Part shown: in pieces, positions 1 through 10,879 of the stretch | Layout: every line of letters starts with the position of its first letter | How positions within the stretch are numbered: position 1 is the first letter of the stretch | Source: Macrostomum lignano | Taxonomy: Eukaryota | Direction of reading: 5' to 3' | Assembly: GCA_002269645.1 (NCBI GenBank) | Contig: NIVC01002804.1 | Span: 1 to 35,307, forward strand | DNA: 35,307 bases | The notes under the pieces: generated by a model | What the model was told of the DNA's origin: nothing | Database searches by the model: none | What the model saw: the letters and a program-made list of their open reading frames with translations, nothing else | Position numbers and translations under genes: made by a program

Positions 1-232
1 CATAGGGTAGGCTATGGTAGATAGGGTAGGCTGTGGTAGATAGGGTAGGCTGTGGTAGATAGGGTAGGCTGTGGTAGATAGGGTAGGCTGTGGTAGATAG
101 GGTAGGCTGTGGCAGATACAGTAGGCGGTGGTAGATAGGGTAGGCTGTGGTATATAGGGTAGGCTGTGGTAGATAGGGTAGGCTGTGGTAGATAGGGTAG
201 GCTGTGGTAGATAGGGTAGGCTGTGGCAGACA
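1..232. repeat. 19-bp satellite (GGTAGATAGGGTAGGCTGT)n, G-rich on +
   Basis: Tandem 19-bp units read directly. The overlapping ORF translation has 19-aa periodicity. Confidence 0.97.
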
Positions 233-420
233 GTATGGGATACCCTGTGCCATTGTACCATAGCAAAGAGTCCACTGCAAGGCACTTGAACCGGTTCCGT
301 GAAGCAGCTGCTGCTCGCCTCCAGCCCACCTCCCTTTTTGTTTCCATGACAACGCAGCAGTCTTTTGAGTCCCGGCCTCTCCACATTCACGATCACTGTT
401 TCATTTGACTAACTGCATGA
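233..420. repeat. Satellite-linked dispersed module containing X-box-like palindrome GTTTCCATGACAAC (340-353)
   Basis: Its reverse complement aligns with 18820-18950 (tgcgttgtcatggaaacaaaaa...ggtgggctggagg...gcttcacggaac...ttcaagtgcct...cagtggact). Confidence 0.8.
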
Positions 421-424
421 CATT

Positions 425-742
425 GGTAGGTGGTGGTGGTGGTAGGTGGTATAGTTAAAGTAGATGTGATATAGTTAATGTAGATGTGGTATAGTTAATG
501 TAGATGTGGTATAGTTAATGTAGATGTGGTATAGTTAATGTAGATGTGGTATAGTTAAAGTAGATGTGATATAGTTAATGTAGATGTGGTATAGTTAATG
601 TAGATGTGGTATAGTTAATGTAGATGTGGTATAGTTAAAGTAGATGTGATATAGTTAATGTAGATGTGGTATAGTTAATGTAGATGTGGTATAGTTAATG
701 TTGATGTGGTATATATAGATGTGGTATATATAGAAGCGGTAT
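425..742. repeat. 20-bp satellite variant (GTAGATGTGGTATAGTTAAT)n
   Basis: Tandem 20-bp units read directly. Confidence 0.95.
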
Positions 743-867
743 GTTAAAAGCGCATTATGTCAAAAAAAATCAAAACGAAGGCCCGTGAGGCAATGCTTGT
801 TATATACTTAAGCAACATGGAATTGAGTAGATGCAATAGCTGAGGTAGATGCAAATGTGTTAGCTAA

Positions 868-1745
868 TGGTAGATGTGGTAGTTAAGGTACTGTAGGTGT
901 GGTAGCTAAGCTAGGTGTGGTAGTTAAGGTAGGTGCGATAGTTAAGGTAGGTGTGGTAGCTAAGGTACTGTAGGTGTGGTAGTTAAGGTAGATGTGGTAG
1001 CTAAGGTACTGTAGGTGTGGTAGTTAAGGTAGATGTGGTAGCTAAGGTACTGTAAGTGTGGTAGTTAAGGTAGATGTGGTAGCTAAGGTACTGTAGGTGT
1101 GGTAGTTAAGGTAGATGTGGTAGCTAAGGTACTGTAGGTGTGGTAGTTAAGGTAGATGTGGTAGCTAAGGTAGGTGTGGTAGTTAAGGTAGGTTTGGTAG
1201 TTAAGGTACTGTAGGTGTGGTAGCTAAGCTAGGTGTGGTAGTTAAGGTAGGTTTGGTAGTTAAGGTAGATGTGGTAGCTAAGGTACTGTAGGTGTGGTAG
1301 TTAAGGTAGGTTTGGTAGTTAAGGTACTGTAGGTGTGGTAGCTAAGCTAGGTGTGGTAGTTAAGGAAGGTGTGGTAGTTAAGGTAGATGTGGTAGCTAAG
1401 GTACTGTAGGTGTGGTAGTTAAGGTAGGTGTGGTAGCTAAGGTAGATGTGGTAGCTAAGGTAGATGTGGTAGCTAAGTTGATGTGGTAGCTAAGGTAGAT
1501 GTGGTAGCTAAGGTAGATGTGGTAGCTAAGGTAGATGTGGTAGTTAAGGTAGATGTGGTAGCTAAGGTAGATGTGGTAACTAAGGTAGATGTGGTAGTTA
1601 AGGTAGATGTGGTAGTTAAGGTACTGTAGATGTGGTAGCTAAAGTCAATGCAATAGTTGTGGTATACTTAGGGTAGATGTGGTATAGTCAAGGTAGATGT
1701 AATAGCTGTGTTACATTTAGATGTGTTAGCTAATGGTAGATGTAG
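868..1745. repeat. 18/23-bp satellite variant (GGTAGTTAAGGTAGATGT / GGTAGCTAAGGTACTGTAGGTGT) with 41-bp dimeric higher-order repeat
   Basis: Alternating 18- and 23-bp units at about 960-1150, then a run of 18-mers. Confidence 0.93.
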
Positions 1746-2603
1746 TAGATAACTCATGGATCGCTTAGCGATTACCCCAGAGTCAGTGCCCCAATGCTCA
1801 TATTTTCCAGTAATGACTTTCCAATCCAAAATCGGAGTTTATTAGAGACAAATAAAATTACAGTTTACTCATATTATAAATTTAGTTTCTAAGAGAACAG
1901 GTTAAAATCTTGACAATAACGAACAGCAGTATCTTGCCTGCTAGCTGGCGTGCTTAGCAACGCAAGAGTTTTCTTAAGCAATGGAAATTCACACTCAGGC
2001 AACTAGTGATATTTTTAGACTGTTGCTATGCGTCGCAAGAGTTTTAATTTGTATGACAGGCTGTGTTAAATTGTTGAGAATGCGAGAGAAGGGACAAATC
2101 TATTTAAACTTTAGCCGCTTGCTGACCCTCCGTGTCTTCTTCTGCGGGCGTATTGCGTCTCAGCCAGTCTGGGGTTGCTGACCCATCGGCTGGCAAGCAT
2201 CTTGAGTTGAAGGAGGCTGCCCCCATCTCTTCTCTGTGTGCTGGCTCCTTAATTCTCTCCTTGGTGGTGTGAGCACAATAGCAAAGCTTGGGATAAAATT
2301 AGTTTTCTTTAATTCTATTATAAGATGTGCTAAAAATTGCATACGAGGTACTTTTTCTTCATCTCTTTTTCATTAAAATTTGTTTCTATAAGAACGTGGG
2401 TGGAGTGCGATGAGTTATTGTGAGTTAATGATAACGCTTGAGCCACTGCCCCCCATTGTGCGTGGCTGCGCGGACTGCCAGTAGGTAGAAGAAGGTATAG
2501 TATAAAATTATCAAGTCTGGATATAGATACTTTTTTAACGCATCAAAAGGCCGCTGGAGCACTTTTGATGCGTTGAATGAAGTGGTTTTAGATTCGAATT
2601 CCT

Positions 2604-3365
2604 GCTGTGGTACATAGGCTAGGCTGTGGTAGAGATATGGTAGGCTGTGGTACATAGGCTAGGCTGTGGTAGAGATATGGTAGGCTGTGGTAGATAGTGT
2701 AGGCTGTGGTAGATAGTGTAGTCTGTGGTAGATAGGGTAGGCTGTGGTAGATAGTGTAGTCTGTGGTAGATAGGGTAGGCTGTGGTAGATAGTGTAGGCT
2801 GTGGTAGATAGTGTAGTCTGTGGTAGATAGTGTAGGCTGTGGTAGATAGTGTAGTCTGTGGTAGATAGGGTAGGCTGTGGTAGATAGTGTAGGCTGTGGT
2901 AGATAGGGTAGGCTGTGGTAGATAGTGTAGGCTGTGGTAGATAGTGTAGGCTGTGGTAGATAGGATAGGCTGTGGTAGAGATATGGTAGGCTGTGGTAGA
3001 TAGTGTAGTCTGTGGTAGATAGGGTAGGCTGTGGTAGAGAGTGTAGTCCGTGGTAGATAGTGTAGGCTGTGGTAGATAGTGTAGTCTGTGGTAGATAGGG
3101 TAGGCTGTGGTAGATAGTGTAGCTGTGGTAGATAGGGTAGGCTGTGGTAGATAGTGTAGGCTGTGGTAGATAGTGTAGGCTGTGGTAGATAGTGTAGTCT
3201 GTGGTAGATAGGGTAGGCTGTGGTAGATAGTGTAGGCTGTGGTAGATAGGGTAGGCTGTGGTAGACAGGGCAGCCTGTGGTAGATATGGTAGGCTGTGGT
3301 AGATATAGTAGGCTGTGGTAGATATGGTAGGCTATGGTAGATAGGGCAGCCTGTGGTAGATAGGA
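2604..3365. repeat. 19-bp satellite array, followed by (AGTAG)n at about 3368-3400
   Basis: Tandem GGTAGATAG(G/T)GTAG(G/T)CTGT units. Confidence 0.97.
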
Positions 3366-3550
3366 TACAGTAGAGTAGAGCAGAGTAGAGTAGATTAGAT
3401 AGAAGCTCTTAATAGAATGAAAATGGAATGAAAGGGTGAGCATGCAGACGATGGCTGAAACGTAGACGAAGTAGGAGACAAAAAATTCATGACAAAAGCC
3501 AAGAGTTCAAGTCCATGAGTTAGGCATAGAGAAAATTGGTTGGTCTTTAA

Positions 3551-3897
3551 GTCGTCATGACAACGCATAGGAGAACCCACGGGGATTAGGGGAGATGAGA
3601 GAAGAAAAGGACATCTAAATGCATGAAAGTCTGGAAACAGCAGCTGTGCGAACATTCACAAGTGCACGATTGTCACAATATGCAACTTGATATTCATGAA
3701 AATTGTATCGCAAATCAGAGTTGAATTTTTAATTCTATGAATATGTGTACCAGCCATGACGCTGTAATTGTATACGATGCGGTTGAACTCTTCGAGACTT
3801 CACTACTCCAGACTTCTATATAGCAGGAGTTCTTGGCCTAGCAACGGGAGTTGGGGCGGAGAGCTGCGTGGGGTGGCGCCGCTCGCGTCTATTTAAG
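3551..3897 (+). promoter_or_regulatory. Putative promoter of Ly6 paralog 1: X-box-like GTCGTCATGACAAC (3551-3564), RFX half-site CCTAGCAAC (3837-3845), GC box (3853-3861), TATA-like TATTTAAG (3890-3897)
   Basis: Motifs read directly and all conserved in paralog 2. The TATA-like box is about 100 nt upstream of the ATG. Function is inferred. Confidence 0.55.
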
Positions 3898-3993
3898 TCG
3901 GAGCGCCGGAGCGGAGCGGCCTCAGCCAGCTCAGAACTCAACACACCGCCTCAAGCAGCCCCCAGTTTCAGCAAAGCATCACCTGCCATCAGC

Positions 3994-4323
3994 ATGCAGC
4001 GTCAGCAAGTGCTCCGTCTGGCCACTCTCGGCCTCCTGGTCGTCGCCTGCCTTCTGCCCGCCCCGGCCGACGCCGTCAACTGCTACTTCTGCGCCGCCTG
4101 CAGCACCGTGTCCAGCAGCACCGCGACAGCCAGCGGCACCTACTGCATGAAGACGGATGTGGCTGGCGTCATTGGCCGCTCTGCTGTCGCTGCCTGCGTG
4201 GAAAGCACCAACACCTGGTGCTGCAACACCGACCTGTGCAACTCCTCGCCGAGGCAGTTCGGTCCCAGCGGCCTCCTTCTGACCGCGGCTCTGGCCCTGC
4301 TGGCCGCTGTGTGCAAGCAGTGA
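3994..4323 (+). CDS. Ly6/uPAR (three-finger) GPI-anchored protein, paralog 1, 109 aa, intronless
   Basis: Signal peptide MQRQQVLRLATLGLLVVACLLPAPADA; NCYxC start; YCMK; CCxTDLCN LU-family terminus; then a spacer and hydrophobic GPI-type tail. The paralog at 27417 has the same length and frame, which supports ATG 3994 over the upstream ORF start at 3868. Confidence 0.92.
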   Translation: MQRQQVLRLATLGLLVVACLLPAPADAVNCYFCAACSTVSSSTATASGTYCMKTDVAGVIGRSAVAACVESTNTWCCNTDLCNSSPRQFGPSGLLLTAALALLAAVCKQ

Positions 4324-4759
4324 CGGCCGCCGCTGCCACCGAGAACTGCCGCGGCAGAGTCCGCTGCGGGAGAAGATCGAGCTGGATTGATTAACTGAAA
4401 ACTCTTCGATTATTTTATCTACTTTTAAACTATTTTGACTAAACCACTCAAGTACGATTTTTCTCATATAACCACCACTCCACTTTCTACTATGAAGCAA
4501 AAACACAAGAATTTCCTATACTAAAAAACCTACCATACTTTTGTATGTAGCTAGGAACTAGTGGTAATTTTTACTGTGCCAGTTTTCCAAACCAATTCAA
4601 ATATACCAACATAATGATTATTTTTTCCGATTATACCTTACTTAGCTCTTACAATACAAGCTCGATTATTTCCGAAGGACTTTCTGACTCTTGCTTGAGT
4701 ATAGAAAGGAACCGGAAGCTCAAAATCAGCATTAGATGATTTTCTACAGTGATGCATTT

Positions 4760-5340
4760 TGATCTCCATTGACCATTTTCAAGCAGTTTATTGGCTCAAG
4801 CAAAATTGCAAAAATGAAAAATGAAAATGATGGTTGTGCGATGGGAGCCTCCTTGCTCTCCACTCTTGCCAACATCTGCATGGCTCATTGGGAGAAGAAG
4901 TGGTTGCACGTTGACACATGGGTGCATTTCTACTACTGTGAACGTTCACTGGCCTTTTGTTAAACTATATCAGGCTCTGCATGTCCTAGACAGTGGAAAA
5001 TTGGCTTGATCAGATGTGTATATGCTTCATCGTGCTTTATACTCTGTGTGTAGTTCTTGGATTGAATTGAGAGTTCTGAGCCAAATCTATAGATTATTCT
5101 GCCATTCTTTGGTGTTGCGTCTATGCAGTTTAAGAAGAAGCTTGAAAAGCCTTTTTCTGAGAGCTTTTGAAAGACATATCAAGGTGGTCTTTCAGACTGA
5201 AAAGGTTGGTCGGTACGTGAGCAAGTTAAAGTCAGTTGTTCCTCGTGCTCAGAAAGCTTGTGTCGCTTACAAATTTTGCTCTGTCGCTTGCAATTTACGC
5301 CCTTTCAACCACGTGTGCGCGTAAAAGTACATTGCTTTTG
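4760..5340 (+). mobile_element. Highly degenerate Penelope-like element remnant (RT plus GIY-YIG endonuclease fragments)
   Basis: DGCAMGASLLSTLANICMAHWE (from 4829) resembles the PLE RT motif GxAMGSPLSPxLANIxM. LHRALYSVCS resembles PLE HRAxxICS. CVAYKFCSVAC...YI resembles GIY-YIG VVYKIxCxxC...YIG. Multiple breaks. Confidence 0.6.
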
Positions 5341-5589
5341 TACCAAGGTGAGTGCATGTTATCTTAACTAATGGATCACAAATGAATGCATTACACTGAA
5401 TTTTTCCGATTCCTCGTAGTGACCTTCAGATATCTAAGCACATATATACGAGTATATATGTGCATATATATGCAGCATATACGGCTAGTATGGCCTAAGA
5501 ACTGCATTAACTTGCATCAGGATTTGCAGTCTAGTACTAAGAGTAGTCTGTTTACTTCGGTGTGTTATTTATTACGTCCCAAAGTCTCT

Positions 5590-5765
5590 TGTACCTCCCA
5601 AAACCTCTTCTGACCTCCCAAACCCTTTTCTGACCTCTCAAACCCTCTTCTGACCTCTCAAACCCTCTCCTGACCTCCCAAACCCTTTTCTGACCTCTCA
5701 AAAAAGTCACCTGACCTCCCAAACCCTCTCCTGACCTTTCAAACGGTCACCTGACCTAAAACCTT
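5590..5765. repeat. 20-bp minisatellite (CTGACCTCCCAAACCCTTTT-like), about 9 units
   Basis: TGACC recurs at 5611, 5631, 5651, 5671, 5691, 5712, 5732 and 5752. Confidence 0.9.
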
Positions 5766-6091
5766 TTCTAGTCTACAAAACATTAACTTTACCACAGAAT
5801 ACACCAGAATGCCCAATCAGCTCGTTTATCTAAAGTCGAAATAAAAAGCCATAGATATTACTCCTGAGGTGAAGAATGACTAAGTAATATTCCTTTTTAC
5901 GTTCTATTTGATAAAAACTGCAACCAATTTGGCCACGGCTCAGCCTGACGCAGCCGCAGCAATTTTCCATAGACAGCCACCGCTAGCGCCAACCAATTTG
6001 GTAAAAACTGCGAGCTAATTTGCCAGCTTGAAGATAGCAGCTCAATAGCATAACAATAACGATAAAGAATGTTAACAATACATGCACGAAG

Positions 6092-6790
6092 TCAGAACAT
6101 TATGTCCTCAGCATTCAAGCACCGATTGAAGTACGTCTGGGAATGGTTGATCCAGCGCAGGCACTTGAGAGGCGTGATGCAGTTCAGTGCTTGCTGCACT
6201 TCTCTCTTCAGAATGCGCATCCTGTGCTGATGCAGTGTCGCACCTGCTGCAGCAGCCAGTCCAGTATCTGCCACCTCGCGCTGAATGGCAGGTGATTGCA
6301 ATTGCGTTTTCAGCTTGGCCTTCAGCGCTGAGCCTGCGTACTCCGCCGGGTTGATGAACGGCGAGTATGGAGGCAGGAATCGGTGAGCATGACCTTCAGA
6401 CATCCCAGGGACACCTAGGTGAGCGCGAGCCCCATCGGACAGTAGCACAAACTCCTCTTCCATCAGAACATCGATCTCAGAGAGGAATTCCATGAAGTGC
6501 TCGTTCTTAAAGCCTCCTTCGAAGAGAGTGCTGTGAATCAGGCCGAGTTGCGAGATGGCCAGGCAGATGGTGAGATTCTGCCCACGCTGTCCGCTGACGA
6601 CAGTCACAGCTGGGAGCCCCTTCGCTGAGCGGCCTTGAGTCCTCGCCGTCCAGATGTTCACCCCAAACTCGTCCATGAAGATGGTGTTCACCTGGCTTCC
6701 CTCGTCCAGCATCCATTCAACGTGCATCCTTCGCGCCTCCTGTGTAACAGGCTTCGCTCGCATTTTTCCTATGCTACTTACTGGCTCCAT
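6092..6790 (-). mobile_element. IS630/Tc1-mariner superfamily DDE transposase catalytic domain (DD30E); N-terminal HTH missing
   Basis: IFMDEFG (D1), LSDGARAH (D2 at 6434-6436), FLPPYSPFINPAE (E at 6341-6343). An in-frame stop lies just upstream of the ATG. No TIRs identified. Confidence 0.9.
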
Positions 6791-7361
6791 CGTCTAGGTG
6801 CCCTCTGATTTTCCCATTAACGCCCTTAAAGCATGGGTATTACTATTATTGTGCCATAGACATTTGTGTCCTTGACAAAGTGGAACAAAATATAGCGGGC
6901 AGTTAAACGAAACAATTTTTTGCGGCAGCTCTACTGCCGACTGCGGGAGACTAAAGGGGTGCTGGGGTAGGAAGTCTGTTTGCCATAGACGCAGAAATTC
7001 TGTAATCACGGGAGGGAGTCGGGGTGAGCTTGCGGCAGCAGAGCTGCCACTGGGAAATGAATGGTTAATAAGGCACAAATAAAATAAAGGAAAAAAGTCC
7101 AACAGAAAGGACACCGAGAAAAAGGACTCAGTTCAACCCTTGCTAAACAAACAGACCTCGACATCATTTCCGTCAACCTGCATAAAGACATAACAGTGGC
7201 GTCGCAAGCACAAGAATGAGCAAGGACACCGGCACTGCAAGTTCGCAAGTAAAATCGCCTGCTGCAAAGTCACCTGTTATGGGAGCTGCTAAGACAGTGT
7301 CTAAGGATCATCTAAAGGGAAAACACCATCCAAGTCACCGGTTCGAGACGTAAATCAGCAG

Positions 7362-8140
7362 TTGGCTGGCTACCAGTTTAATGACGGACTCTTTAATCGC
7401 GCTATGACTCAAATGGCAGACACTGAAAAGCTGGAAGATGGCAGAATGTTTCAGCGTTGGCTAGACCGCTTCTTAATCGCTTCTCGATTCTACAGATGGA
7501 CTAGAGACGACATGGCGCAGGTTCTGCTAATGAGACTTTCTCCAGCATTGTATGACAGTCTCGTCGACCACCTGTCCCCGGATGCGCCCAGCTCGAAGAA
7601 CTTTGAACAACTGGAAAAGGCTCTAAAGGAGATTCTGCAACCACAAACCTACGCACTAGCTGAGCATTTCACCTTTCAAAGCCTGAAACGTGAACCGATG
7701 GAATCTGTTAGATTATTTGCTGAGCGCTTGCTGAAAGCATCAGACAGGTGCCTGTTTTCCAATAGAGAGGAGCGCCTTCGAGATCAGTTAATTCTTGGCT
7801 TAAATGACAAGGCGATTATAGCCAAGCTGCTAGTGAAGGATCATGAAGATCTCACCTTCAAAATGGCAGTCTCCGAAGCCGAAGCGATTCTAGCTCTAAA
7901 AGACACCAATCAGCACCCCGTTCTGAGCAGATCATGAAAGTGGGGAAGCAAGCATCGCTGAAATCGAGGAGGCCGGCTGACAGGAAGTCCACTGCATCTA
8001 ACTTCGCAAGCAGTTTCCGTTGCACGAGGTGTGGCGGCGGTCACAAGAACAAGTCCTAGTTGCCCAGCCATCGGCAAAATTTGTCGTAAATGTAGGAAGA
8101 CAAACCAACATTTCGAAAAGCAGTGCAAATCGAAAGTCGA
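7362..8140 (+). pseudogene. gypsy gag with frameshifted zinc-knuckle region
   Basis: FAERLLKASDRCLF...RLRDQLILGL gag motifs. CTRCGGGH...CPAIGKICRKC...HFEKQC Mag-type double CCHC follows a frameshift after 7937. Confidence 0.85.
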
Positions 8141-8227
8141 GAGTCAACACCATTTAGCTCAAATAGAAGACGCTCTAACGGCTGACGTTTTGGCAGTTGT
8201 GAACTGCTTGGCATCCAGTGGAATGTC

Positions 8228-9590
8228 GTGTCCGACCAGCTGTTGTGCTCCATAAATGGTCAGAGCAGACAGATTCAGTGCCAAATTGACACAGGAGCTA
8301 CTGTGTCTGTCATGTCGAGCAACCTGTGGAGAAGCCTGGGTAGGCCGCAGCTACAACCTAGCAAGGCTGTGCTGGTCGGCTACACTGATGACCACAAGTT
8401 CAAACTTCTAGGTCAACTTGAGCTACAGGCTGTCTGGAGCGGTGGTCCGATTAGCGTCACGTTCCACGTCGTGGCATCCAATCGAAGCTTCGCCTTACTG
8501 GGGCGAGATGTGGTGCACGTTGACCTGGAGGCAATATCAATTGGGCACTCACATGTGCTGGATTCCGGACAGGAGTTGCCCCCGACTGATGCCCAAATAA
8601 GGTTCAAGGCACACTTACAGCTCAAGGATGACGTCACACCAAGGTACATTAAAGCACGCCCGGTCCCGTTTGCTTTAAAGAACAAGCTCGATCTGAATTG
8701 GACGAGCTCCTAAAGGACGGAATTATCGAACCAGTGAAATTCTCAAACTGGGCGTCACCATTGTGCTCATCCAAAAGCCGGAAGGCGGTGTTAGGCTGTG
8801 TGTGGATTACAAGCAAACGTTAAATCCCCAGCTTGTCAACGACAGCTACCCGTCACCGACTCCAGAGAAGGCTTTTTCAGCTGTCACGGGTTGTAAAGTC
8901 TACTCTATCTTGGGTTTAGAAAAGGCCCATCATCAAATAGAGTTAGATGAAGCATCAAAGGAGCTAACAGTGATGGCCACTCCGTTCGGAAATTTCCGCT
9001 ACAATCCTTTAGTTTTCGGAATCAAAACAGCGCCAAGTATTTTTCAGCGGCTTATCTCTGAGGTGATTCAAGGAATTCCAGGAGCCGTGGCATATGTCGA
9101 TGACATATTGATTGGTGGCCCGACAAAGCAAGAACTGCAAAAACGAGATTCAGCGGTCAGGACGCAGTTGGCACGTTATGAGCTCAAGATCAACGAGTCG
9201 AAATGCCAAATAGCTAAAGACCGTGTGCAATTTCTTGGATTTGTCTTAGAAGCTGGCACAATTAAGCCAAGTGAGGAGAATGTATGAGCCATTCGGGAGA
9301 TGGCAGCTCCTAAAAACATCGCTGAATTAGAATCGTTCATTGGAATGGTGAACTTCTCAGGCCGTTTTATTAGAAATCTGGCTGACCTGATCGAGCCGCT
9401 GTCAAAGCTGCGACGCAATGATAGCGAGTTCATGTGGACTGGCGCACAAGAGACAGCGTTCAAGAAAATCAAGGCTGCTCTGTCTAAAGAAACCATGCTG
9501 GCGACCTATGACCCCAAGAAGCATCTAGAGCTTGAGTGCGACGCGTCTCAGGTTGCGATTGGAGCAGTGCTCAGTCAAGATGGGTTGCCA
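8228..9590 (+). pseudogene. gypsy pol fragment: aspartic protease, reverse transcriptase, partial RNase H
   Basis: QIDTGATVSV; GIIEPVKFSNWASP; VRLCVDYK; first catalytic Asp replaced (SILGL for SKLDL); YVDDILI; TGA at 9285-9287; ECDASQVAIGAVLSQDG, then truncation. Confidence 0.9.
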
Positions 9591-9664
9591 ATCACAACCT
9601 CTGACATTTGGCAATCAGGTGACAATCATTTCATTGACAATCATTTGACATCAGGTTGCCTCTG

Positions 9665-10013
9665 ACATAACAGAGGTAACAGGTAACAAGGTAACAGGTA
9701 ACAAGGTAAAAGTTAACAGGTACCAAAGTAACAGGTAACAGGAAACAGGTAACAGGAAACAGGTAACAGGAAACAGTAACAGGTAAAAGGTAACAGGAAA
9801 CAGGTAACAAGGTAAAAGTTAACAGGTAACAAAGTAACAGGCAACAAGGTAACAGGTAACAAGGTAAAAGTTAACAGGTACCAATGTAACAGGTAACAAG
9901 GTAACAGGTAACAAGGTAAAAGTTAAAAGGTACCAAAGTAACAGGTAACAGGAAACAGGTAACAGGAAACAGGTAACAAGGAAACAGGTAACAGGTAACA
10001 GGTAACAAGGTAA
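9665..10013. repeat. 7-8 bp simple repeat (AGGTAAC/AGGTAACA/AGGAAAC)n
   Basis: Read directly. Confidence 0.95.
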
Positions 10014-10879
10014 CTGTCGGATTTCCATCCTCCAAATATTTGTACTTTCTATTACCTTGTACTTTTCAGTTAACCGTCTCCCTTTGTCTACCATGCCTTT
10101 CCCACAGACTATCGTAACCGTTCATTTACCACAGACAATTCGGCTGGCCTGTTCATTATTGTTAGTATAAATACAACTTCAACCCGCGGCTTAGGCCCTT
10201 CACTTCTTCTCTCACTCTCTTCCTTTCTACACCACTAATCACATTTTATTAGTTTATTGTCTATTCGACAGTAACAGATAAGGCAATAAGATAACTTTTG
10301 ATGATTTTTCACTGTGGTTCTCAGTTTGAATTGAAGCAAAGTATTGACTACTCTTAGTACTATAATTATTCTGTTATTCTCTGTCTCGCTGCTGTACCGT
10401 AGGTGCAAAATTGACGGGGGGGACAGCGTATCATCGTGTCAGCATAAATGATTCTGGCAAAAACGAAACTCCCAAGTCAGTCTAAAAGCCATTTCCTTCT
10501 CACTCACAAGTAAAAGCCTCGTTGCAACAGAAAGTGCATCAAATATTCGTCATCTAATGACAGCAGCTATTTTTGCTCCAATTTGTCCCCCTGCTTGGTC
10601 GCTAATGCACTGCAAGCACCTGAGCTCTTCCTTGAGCTAGAAATGCTGAATTCAAAGAATACTGACAGACGTTCGTTAAAGCAAAGTGTTGTGAAAGAGT
10701 TGTGCGCATAATTGCATGGACTTGGGTGTGTGGGGATTGGGTGGTGTGAAGAAGTGGAGAGGCGTAGGTAAGAGAATAAGGAAGCATGACTGGAAGAGAA
10801 ATATGAGGACCAAAAGTGAGTTGAAAGGGAGAATAAGTGGGAATAAGAGGGAGAGGAGAGAGGAGGTTGGGAGACGGGA

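Larger units (their letters stand above)
7001..9590 (+). mobile_element. Decayed, 3'-truncated Ty3/gypsy LTR retrotransposon (Mag-like); left boundary approximate
   Basis: Probable LTR end ...ATAACA (7195), PBS TGGCGTCGCAAGC (7197-7209), then gag, two CCHC knuckles, protease DTGA, RT YVDD and RNase H start CDASQVAIGAVLSQ. Integrase and 3' LTR are absent. Frameshifts and stops present. Confidence 0.92.

Noticed and set aside
1-232. TAGGG/TAGG within the 19-mer as telomeric repeat
   Set aside because: No tandem TTAGGG or TTAGG runs; only a short sub-motif.
2425-2470. GGGGCAGTGGCTCAAGCG on the minus strand, resembling a SINE head
   Set aside because: The A box is poor and no B box or TSD follows.
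3979-4506. Antisense and alternate-frame ORFs over both Ly6 genes (also 3851-4150, 27118-27705, 27402-27803) and the upstream start at 3868
   Set aside because: They are shadows of GC-rich coding sequence. The 3868 start lies upstream of the TATA-like box, and a 1-nt indel between paralogs in the 5' region breaks that extension.
5900-6020. Repeated AAAAACTGC/CAACCAATTTGG motifs as the TIR of the DD30E element
   Set aside because: No inverted partner was found at the other end, so element boundaries could not be defined.
9285-9287. In-frame TGA in gypsy pol as possible readthrough or selenocysteine, and gag-pol frameshifts as programmed
   Set aside because: The element has several other lesions, including a lost catalytic Asp. 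TGA fits CGA>TGA decay.
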